Source: Longimicrobiales bacterium (GTDB lineage Bacteria; Gemmatimonadota; Gemmatimonadetes; Longimicrobiales; Gaopeijiaceae). From it: a DNA stretch of 64,000 nt. Below are positions 20,740-27,701 of the stretch, in pieces. Positions within the stretch are counted from its first letter, which is position 1. Every line of letters starts with the position of its first letter. The notes below the pieces were generated by a model that saw only the letters and a program-made list of their open reading frames with translations, searched no databases and was not told the DNA's origin. The stretch is taken from contig OZ252251.1 in NCBI GenBank assembly GCA_965249725.1, positions 672,001 to 736,000 on the forward strand. The letters run 5' to 3'. The translations under genes and the position numbers were made by a program.

Positions 20740-20804
20740 CGCCAGTCAAACGTCGGAACGCGACGGTCACGTTGCTCGGCTCCCCCGGACACGGCACCTG
20801 TGTT

Positions 20805-20833
20805 GCCCCGGGGGGAGTGCGGGAACCCACCCG
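20805..20833 (+). repeat. Direct repeat, left copy (CCGGGGGAGTGCGGG-ACCCACCC)
   Basis: Near-identical to 22629-22656; the pair brackets the inserted inverted gene. Confidence 0.75.
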
Positions 20834-20954
20834 TTATACGCAACGGCAGGTAGACTCTGGGTTGATAGGTAACAGGAGGTTACGGGGTGAACGGCGGCCT
20901 AGGGCGCGGCAAACGAACCTGCGACGGACTGATGGAGCTACGCCAAGTCGAGCG

Positions 20955-22409
20955 TTAGAGCCCGTAGATCAGGCGAGCGTTCTCGAGCCCGATGAGCCGA
21001 GCGAGGTCCGGGGGGAGGGCCTGCAGCAAGGCCTCGAACGGCTCCATGTGTGCGTCGATGAGGTCGGGGTTGGCGTAGAAGGTGTCGGAGCCCAGAACGA
21101 AGCGGTCGGGGAAGGCCGTGAAGAGTGCAAGCCACTCCGGTCGCAGCGCACCTCCTTCGTCGAGCGGCGCGTGCTCGGGAAAGAGCGGCACGATGGCGTC
21201 ACTATATATGAGGACCTGGAGGAAGAGGTTGGGGTGAGCCTCGAGCAGGGTGCCAAGCAGCTCCACGGTCATGTCGCCGGTGTTGTCCCAGCCGACATGG
21301 GCCCACACGATGCGCGTCTCCTGATTGTGCGAAAGGAGTCGCTCCAGTGCGTCGACGTTGGCACGTAGGGAGGCCGGGTTCAGGGCGCTGCGCTGCAAGA
21401 AGACTGGGGGTGTAGGCTTCTCGGTCACCACCGCCTCCATGTGAAGGTCGATGGGAACGCCGTACTGCGCGGCCAGGTCCGCCGCGAGAAGGAAGGCGGC
21501 ATGATCGGGCGGCATCTCGAGGAATGGGTGCTCGGGCCGAAAGGAGAGGTGTAGCGCAGTGAGCTCACCTAAGACGACCGAGCCGCTGGTGGAGAGCTGC
21601 GCCGCCGCGGCTACCAAAGCGTCTGAAAGTTCGGACGTGAGGCCGTCTACCTGGCTCTGGTGAAGAAGCGGGTTGAGCGAGAAGCCGCCAGCGGCGAAGG
21701 CGAAGCGGTCAGACCGGCTGGTGATGGCCGCTGATAGCGCGCTTTCGAAGGCGTTGGCTGCTACGGGTGAAGGAGGTGGCATCATCACCGCCTGCACGAC
21801 GTGGTGCACATCTTGGCGAGCGACGGCTCGGTCCAGGCAGGCAGGATCGAAGCAGCTGACCATCTCACCCGGCCCAAAAGTGGGGTGCGTGTGCGTGTCG
21901 ATCCATGTCGCCGCGGGGGCGGGGGCTACCATCGTGGCTACTGCCGTTCCGCTTCGTCCCTCGCTCGAGGCCGTGAGGGTGCTCACGCCAGGTCCGACGG
22001 CTGTGACGAGCCCGCTGGCACTAACGGTCGCGGCACCTTGGCTCGAGCTGGACCAGGTGACCGTTCGACCGGAAAGCACATTCCCGCCTGCGTCCGTCAC
22101 GGTGGCCGTGAATTGCGCCGTTTGACCGATTTCGAGCGTAATCGAACTCGGAGAGACCGCTACCGAGGCGACAGGCACGGGGAGGGTAGGCCCCGGCGCA
22201 GTAGGCTGCTCGGAGCTGCCTCCACCCTCACCACCACCGCAAGCTGTTAGTGCCAGTAAGAGGACCAACCAAGTTAGGAACTTCCGATTCTGGCTTTGCT
22301 TAAGATCCTCAGCCAGATGCACCGTGGCCATGCCACCCTCGCCCAACTCACGCTCGATGGCGTAGCGGCCCTCCAAAGCCGAGTTCAGGCGGTCAACTGG
22401 ATCGGACAT
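20955..22409 (-). CDS. Chimeric lipoprotein: Ser/Thr kinase N-terminal remnant + lipobox + Ig-like (Big_2) + amidohydrolase
   Basis: MSDPVDRLNSALEGRYAIERELGEGGMATVHLAEDLK; LALTAC; VTWSSS..ATVSASGLVTAV; IDTHTH, PIDLH, WAHVG, VLGSD. Confidence 0.8.
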   Translation of the reverse strand: MSDPVDRLNSALEGRYAIERELGEGGMATVHLAEDLKQSQNRKFLTWLVLLLALTACGGGEGGGSSEQPTAPGPTLPVPVASVAVSPSSITLEIGQTAQFTATVTDAGGNVLSGRTVTWSSSSQGAATVSASGLVTAVGPGVSTLTASSEGRSGTAVATMVAPAPAATWIDTHTHPTFGPGEMVSCFDPACLDRAVARQDVHHVVQAVMMPPPSPVAANAFESALSAAITSRSDRFAFAAGGFSLNPLLHQSQVDGLTSELSDALVAAAAQLSTSGSVVLGELTALHLSFRPEHPFLEMPPDHAAFLLAADLAAQYGVPIDLHMEAVVTEKPTPPVFLQRSALNPASLRANVDALERLLSHNQETRIVWAHVGWDNTGDMTVELLGTLLEAHPNLFLQVLIYSDAIVPLFPEHAPLDEGGALRPEWLALFTAFPDRFVLGSDTFYANPDLIDAHMEPFEALLQALPPDLARLIGLENARLIYGL

Positions 22410-22494
22410 GGGCACTCCCCGGACTAGACCGTTGTGAATGTCCGGGTTCGGGGAGCGCAAGCAGAACGACGTTGAAGGCCGACTCAGCAAGGTC

Positions 22495-22628
22495 GCCTAA
22501 CAAGCTGGTTTGCACGAACTCGCATGCGCTCGTTCGCCCTTCGGGTAACGCGCCGCTGGTCACTGCGCTTGCCTTCGCAAGCTCGTGGCCTGTCTCGCGG
22601 CGCGCTCGCGAACCAGACTCCGTTCGCC
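22495..22628 (+). mobile_element. attC-like (integron cassette recombination) site, degenerate
   Basis: GCCTAAC...GTTCGCC ends, CTGGTTTGC/GCGAACCAG L boxes, nested stems GCGCCGC/GCGGCGC, GGTCAC/GTGGCC, GCTTGC-CTTC-GCAAGC; 134 bp. Confidence 0.6.
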
Positions 22629-22656
22629 GCCCGGGGGAGTGCGGGCACCCACCCCG
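22629..22656 (+). repeat. Direct repeat, right copy
   Basis: Matches 20805-20833. Confidence 0.75.
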
Positions 22657-22805
22657 ACGTTCTCCGAATCGTTCCCCCTCGGACCGCTGCCCGGGCCCGC
22701 CCCGTTGGCGGGTTTTTCGACGGCCCCGTAGGTTGTGGGCCACGCTTGTTTCAACAGGACGCGCCGCTCAGCCTGGCGCATCGACTTCAGCGGGAGGCAC
22801 CGCTC

Positions 22806-24155
22806 ATGCTCTACACTCGGCCAACCCTCATAGCGACGGCGTTCGCCCTCGCGGCGTTGATCGCCACGGCCGTGGCTCCCGTTTCGGCCCAGTGGACTCC
22901 GTTGAGCCGCGGGAGTGACAACATCGAGGTGCTCGGGCACCTCCCTGTGGGTCCCGCTCTCAGCGTCTCGGACATGGATGTGGAGCAGGAGCTGTCCCGT
23001 CCCTACGCTTACATGAGCCGCATGGCCTATGGCGGCGAAGGGCCCATGGGCCTCGACATCATCAGCATCGAGGACCCGGGGAATCCGCAGATCCTCTACG
23101 AATGGCGGATCGCCGACCGCGACCTCCACTCGGGTAACGGGGGGATGGACGTGAAGTACTTCAAGGTGAACGGCCGCTATTACGTGGTGCAGTCGACACA
23201 GTTCGGCCAGGGTGGTCCGGACTCGGACATGGGCGCCGTAGTGCTCGACGTCACGGGTCTGCCCGATCCGTCCACCGTGCGTGAGGTCGCCAGGCTCCGT
23301 GAGCCGCTGCTGCCCGGCGGCTTCCACAACATCTTCGTCTACAAGCACTCGGATGGCCGAGTGCTGCTGTTCGCCACCGTCAGTGGGCCGTTCGCCAACG
23401 TGTATGACCTGGGCAAGGTGGTTCAGGGGGCATCCGCCGAGGAGGCGCTCGCCGGACAGGTTCCCAACCCGCAATCTCAGGCCGCCGGCGGCGGACGAGG
23501 GTACCACGACTTCTACGTCGCCTACCATCCGGATACCGATGAGGACCGCTTCTACGGAGGTGGCGGTGGCGGGTACTACATCATCGACGTCTCCGATCTG
23601 TCGGATCCACAGGTCCGCATCACGCTGACGGGCGTCCGCGGAGTGGGCGGGGGCCACACGTTCACCCCGAGCTCCGACGGCCGCTACGTCGTCGCCGAGA
23701 CAGAGTATCAGTTCGCGCCCCTCCGGTTGTTCGACCTCAAGCCTGCTCTCGATGGAGAGGTCACCAACATCAACCGCCCGATCTCGGGCTGGACCGCGGA
23801 CTGGAACAACCTGGTCCACAATCACGAGGTCCGTTGGCCCTACGTGTTCGTGACCGGTTATCTGGACGGACTCCAGGTCTTCAACATGCAGGACCCCGCG
23901 AATCCGCAGACGGTTGCCTATTACGACACGTACATCGGAGTTCGCGATCCCGAGCGTTGCCAGGAGTGCAACGGTGCGTTCGGGGTCGACGTTCGCAACG
24001 CCGACGGACTCATCGTGATCAGCGACATGAGCACTGGCCTGTGGACGTTTCGCATGGACGGCTTCCAAGGTTGGAACGGAGAGCAGTGGGGGATGCCCGA
24101 CATCTCCAGCGCTCAGAAGTGGGATGAGTCGGTACGGCGGCCGATTAGTGATTAG
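22806..24155 (+). CDS. Secreted LVIVD-repeat beta-propeller, array copy 8 (CQEC loop)
   Basis: Paralogue; GGAGG RBS before ATG 22806. Confidence 0.85.
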   Translation: MLYTRPTLIATAFALAALIATAVAPVSAQWTPLSRGSDNIEVLGHLPVGPALSVSDMDVEQELSRPYAYMSRMAYGGEGPMGLDIISIEDPGNPQILYEWRIADRDLHSGNGGMDVKYFKVNGRYYVVQSTQFGQGGPDSDMGAVVLDVTGLPDPSTVREVARLREPLLPGGFHNIFVYKHSDGRVLLFATVSGPFANVYDLGKVVQGASAEEALAGQVPNPQSQAAGGGRGYHDFYVAYHPDTDEDRFYGGGGGGYYIIDVSDLSDPQVRITLTGVRGVGGGHTFTPSSDGRYVVAETEYQFAPLRLFDLKPALDGEVTNINRPISGWTADWNNLVHNHEVRWPYVFVTGYLDGLQVFNMQDPANPQTVAYYDTYIGVRDPERCQECNGAFGVDVRNADGLIVISDMSTGLWTFRMDGFQGWNGEQWGMPDISSAQKWDESVRRPISD

Positions 24156-24231
24156 CCGAAGCCGCTCCTCTATCGAGCACTCGTCCATAAAGATATATCA
24201 CAGAAGCACTTACAGCAGGAGCACACGGTTC

Positions 24232-25581
24232 ATGTCACACCATCGGTCAAGTACGGTAGCGACGGCTTTTGCCGTCGTAGCTCTCGTCGCACTCGCCGCG
24301 GCGCCGGTCTCTGCGCAGTGGACCGCCATGAAGCGCGGTAGCGACAACATCGAGGTCATCGGCCACCTGCCGCTGGGGCCGGCCTTGAGTGTTTCCGATA
24401 TGGATGTGGAGCAGGAGTTGTCCCGTCCGTATGCCTATGTGTCGCGAATGCTCTACGGTGTCACCGGCCCCAAGGGCATGGACATCATCAGCATCGAAGA
24501 CCCGGCCAACCCCGAGATCATCTACGAGTGGCGGATCGAAGAGCAGGATCTTCATCTGGGCCGAGGCGGCATGGATGCCAAGCACTTCAAGATCGGCAAC
24601 CGCTACTACGTGGTTCAGTCCACGCAGTTCGGCCAGGGCGGCCCCAATTCAGACATGGGCGCCGTGGTCCTTGATGTGACCGGACTGCCGGACCCGGCCA
24701 CGGTCCGAGAGGTCAACCGAATCCGGGAGCCTCTGCGTCCCGGTGGCTTCCACAACATCTTCATCTACAAGCACTCTGATGGCCGAGTACTTCTGTTCGC
24801 GACGGCGGCCGGGCGGGTCGCCTTGATCTACGACCTCGCTCTGGTGGTGGATGGTGCGGACGCCGAAGCGGCCCTCGTCGGGGAGGTTCCGATCCCCAAT
24901 CAACCCGAGGGCCAGGACAACAGGAGTTATCACGACTTCTACGTCGGCTACCATCCGGACACCGATCAGGACCGGTTCTACGGGGGTGCCGGGGGCGGCT
25001 ACTACATCTATGACGTGACGGATCCGGCGAATCCCAACCTCGAAATCACCCTTACGGGGATTCGCGGGGTGGAGTGGGGTCACACATTCACGCCCAGCCC
25101 GGACGGTCGCTACGTGGTGGCCGAGGCCGAGTACCAGTTCGCACCGCTCCGTATCTTCGACCTGAAGCCGGCTCTGGACGGCCAGACGACCAACATCAAC
25201 CGCCCGATCTCAGGCTGGACGGCGGACTACGACAACCTGGTGCACAACCACGAGATCCGGTGGCCCTGGATGTTCGTGACGGGCTATGTGGACGGCCTTC
25301 AGGTCGTAAACCTCCAGGATCCGACGAACCCCGTGACAGTCGGCTACTACGACACGTACCTCGGTGTCAAAGACCCGACCCGGTGCCAGGAGTGTAACGG
25401 GTCCTTCGGAATCGACGTCCGCAACGAAGACGGACTCATCGTCATGAGCGACATGAGCACCGGCCTCTGGACTTTCCGCATGGACGGCTTCCAGGGTTGG
25501 AGCGGTGAGCAGTGGGGTATGCCGGACCTGTCGAGTGCCCAGAAGTGGGACGAGCCGGTGCGGAGGCCGATCAGTCAGTAG
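24232..25581 (+). CDS. Secreted LVIVD-repeat beta-propeller, array copy 9 (CQEC loop)
   Basis: Paralogue; start ATG 24232. Confidence 0.85.
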   Translation: MSHHRSSTVATAFAVVALVALAAAPVSAQWTAMKRGSDNIEVIGHLPLGPALSVSDMDVEQELSRPYAYVSRMLYGVTGPKGMDIISIEDPANPEIIYEWRIEEQDLHLGRGGMDAKHFKIGNRYYVVQSTQFGQGGPNSDMGAVVLDVTGLPDPATVREVNRIREPLRPGGFHNIFIYKHSDGRVLLFATAAGRVALIYDLALVVDGADAEAALVGEVPIPNQPEGQDNRSYHDFYVGYHPDTDQDRFYGGAGGGYYIYDVTDPANPNLEITLTGIRGVEWGHTFTPSPDGRYVVAEAEYQFAPLRIFDLKPALDGQTTNINRPISGWTADYDNLVHNHEIRWPWMFVTGYVDGLQVVNLQDPTNPVTVGYYDTYLGVKDPTRCQECNGSFGIDVRNEDGLIVMSDMSTGLWTFRMDGFQGWSGEQWGMPDLSSAQKWDEPVRRPISQ

Positions 25582-25714
25582 GAAACTCAACAAATCATGC
25601 ACGCCGGCTGTCTATATATACTGGCGAGGTTCCTGACGCCTTGGTAGATTACGTGGACGTCGGCGACAGCGCTGATCGTACGTGGCAAATCATCTAAAGT
25701 TGGAGAGATCGCCC

Positions 25715-27064
25715 ATGCAACGCTCCCGGACCGGCATCCTCGCGGCTGCCATCCTTACAGTTCTCGCTACCAGCATGCCCGCTGATGCGTCTGCGCAAGA
25801 GATGAACGCGCTCACGCGTGGCAGTGACAATATCGAGGTGCTAGGGCATCTCCCCCTCGGACCCGCCCTAAACACGTCGGACATGGACGTTGAGCAGGAG
25901 ATGTCCCGTCCTTATGCCTACGTCGGTCGGATGGCATACGGTGGCGTTGGCGTGAAGGGCATGGACATCATCAGCATCGAGGATCCGTCGAATCCGGAGA
26001 TTCTGTACGAGTGGCGCATCGAGGACCAGGATCTCCACCTGGGCCTGGGCGGGATGGACGTGAAGCACTTCAAGTGGAACGACCGCTACTACGTGGTGCA
26101 GTCGCTCCAGTTTGGTCAGGGTGGACCGGACGCGGACCTCGGCGCGGTAGTGCTCGACGTCACAGGTCTTCCCGATCCGTCCACGGTGCGTGAGGTCGCG
26201 CGAATCCATGAGCCGCTGATGCCGGGTGGTTTCCACAACATCTTTATCTATAAGCACTCGAGTGGTCGGGTGCTGCTCTTCACGACCATCGGAGGACCCT
26301 TTGCTCAGATCTATGACCTGGGCACGCTCGTCGAGGGTGGCTCCACTGAGGATGCGCGGGCCGGCCGGGTGCCGAACCCGCAGTCCCAAGAGACCGGCGG
26401 TAACGGCGGGTACCACGACTTCTACGTCGGATACCATCCGGACACCGATGAAGACCGCTTCTACGGCGGCGGGCGCGGTGGTTACTACATCATCGACGTT
26501 ACGGATCTTTCGGATCCGCAGGTTCGCATCACCCTGACGGGCGTCAGCGGAGTGGGCGGTGGTCACACGTTCACGCCGAGCCCCGACGGCCGGTACGTGG
26601 TTGCCGAGACCGAGTACGAGTTCGCTCCGCTCCGGTTCTTCGACCTGCAGCCGGCGCTGGACGGCGAAACGACCAACATTCGTCGGCCCATCTCCGGCTG
26701 GACATCGAACTACAAGAACCTCGTGCACAACCACGAGGTCCGTTGGCCCTGGCTGTTCGTCTCGGGCTACCTGGACGGACTCCAAGTCGTGAACCTCCAG
26801 GATCCGACCAATCCGCAGACCGTGGGGTATTACGACACTTACATCGGTGCGCGCCGCGCGGATCGTACGCCCGTGTTCAACGGCGCGTTCGGGATAGACG
26901 TGAGAAACGCGGATGGGCTAATATTGATCAGTGATATGAGCACGGGGTTCTGGACCTTCCGAATGGACGGCTTCCAGGGCTGGAACGGCGAGCAGTGGGG
27001 AGTCCCCGACATCTCCAGCGCTCAGAAGTGGGATGAGCCCGTGCGTCGTCCAATAAGCGAGTAG
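25715..27064 (+). CDS. Secreted LVIVD-repeat beta-propeller, array copy 10
   Basis: Paralogue; start ATG 25715. Confidence 0.85.
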   Translation: MQRSRTGILAAAILTVLATSMPADASAQEMNALTRGSDNIEVLGHLPLGPALNTSDMDVEQEMSRPYAYVGRMAYGGVGVKGMDIISIEDPSNPEILYEWRIEDQDLHLGLGGMDVKHFKWNDRYYVVQSLQFGQGGPDADLGAVVLDVTGLPDPSTVREVARIHEPLMPGGFHNIFIYKHSSGRVLLFTTIGGPFAQIYDLGTLVEGGSTEDARAGRVPNPQSQETGGNGGYHDFYVGYHPDTDEDRFYGGGRGGYYIIDVTDLSDPQVRITLTGVSGVGGGHTFTPSPDGRYVVAETEYEFAPLRFFDLQPALDGETTNIRRPISGWTSNYKNLVHNHEVRWPWLFVSGYLDGLQVVNLQDPTNPQTVGYYDTYIGARRADRTPVFNGAFGIDVRNADGLILISDMSTGFWTFRMDGFQGWNGEQWGVPDISSAQKWDEPVRRPISE

Positions 27065-27067
27065 ATC

Positions 27068-27613
27068 ATGAACATCTTTATTCCGATTGCGGTGGCGGTG
27101 CTGGGTGTAGGGCCCAACGGGGCTCAGGCGGCCCCGGCCATGTGTTTCGCCGCCGACAACCAGCCTCCCGTCTTCTATCGGGTGGAGCTCATCACCACGA
27201 AGCGAGTCCCGGGGTCGGGAATGGCGACCGGCGCGGGCGAGATCACGTTCACGCCCTCTCCGTTCGCGGTGAACCTCACGCCTGAGGGTGATTACCTGCG
27301 TGACGTGAACATCACCGTGAACGGTCTCAAGCCGGCTGCGAGCGGCAACTACGTCGCTTGGGTGACGACCCCCGCATTGGACCGCACCACGCGGCTCGGC
27401 GTGCTTGATGCCGACGGAACCGCCAGCGGACAGATCGCCTTCAACAAGTTCCTCCTCGTGATCTCTCTCGAGGAAGACGACGGCTCGTCCTCGGAGCGTT
27501 GGAAGGGACCCATCGCGCTGAGGGGCATGTCCCGGAGTGGGGCAATGCACACCTCTGCGGGGCACGGACCCTTCGTGGTCGAGAACTGCACGGGGTACGG
27601 CTTCAACGGGTAA
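27068..27613 (+). CDS. Secreted hypothetical protein (RskA C-terminal-like beta-sandwich pattern; MHxxxxH tail)
   Basis: 3 bp after copy 10; signal-like N-terminus; GLKP..YVAW..LGVL..FLLVISLE..GPIAL pattern. Confidence 0.65.
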   Translation: MNIFIPIAVAVLGVGPNGAQAAPAMCFAADNQPPVFYRVELITTKRVPGSGMATGAGEITFTPSPFAVNLTPEGDYLRDVNITVNGLKPAASGNYVAWVTTPALDRTTRLGVLDADGTASGQIAFNKFLLVISLEEDDGSSSERWKGPIALRGMSRSGAMHTSAGHGPFVVENCTGYGFNG

Positions 27614-27634
27614 GGAGTCAGCCCGTTCACAACG

Positions 27635-27676
27635 ACATCCCCGTCGGTCTCGGTCATCCGTGGCCGACGGGGATGT
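27635..27676 (+). terminator. Stem-loop, probable intrinsic terminator or processing hairpin
   Basis: ACATCCCCGTCGG / CCGACGGGGATGT 13-bp inverted repeat followed by TTCGCTTT. Confidence 0.6.
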
Positions 27677-27701
27677 TTCGCTTTCAACCGAAGTGATACG
27701 C

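Noticed and set aside
22560..24188. Long antisense ORFs over the propeller genes and other GC-rich CDSs (e.g. 45413-47221, 56911-58158)
   Set aside because: Shadow frames expected from high-GC codon bias; no recognisable motifs
10960..27064. Diversity-generating retroelement as the source of loop variation
   Set aside because: No reverse transcriptase or template repeat in the window; differences include indels and are not adenine-specific
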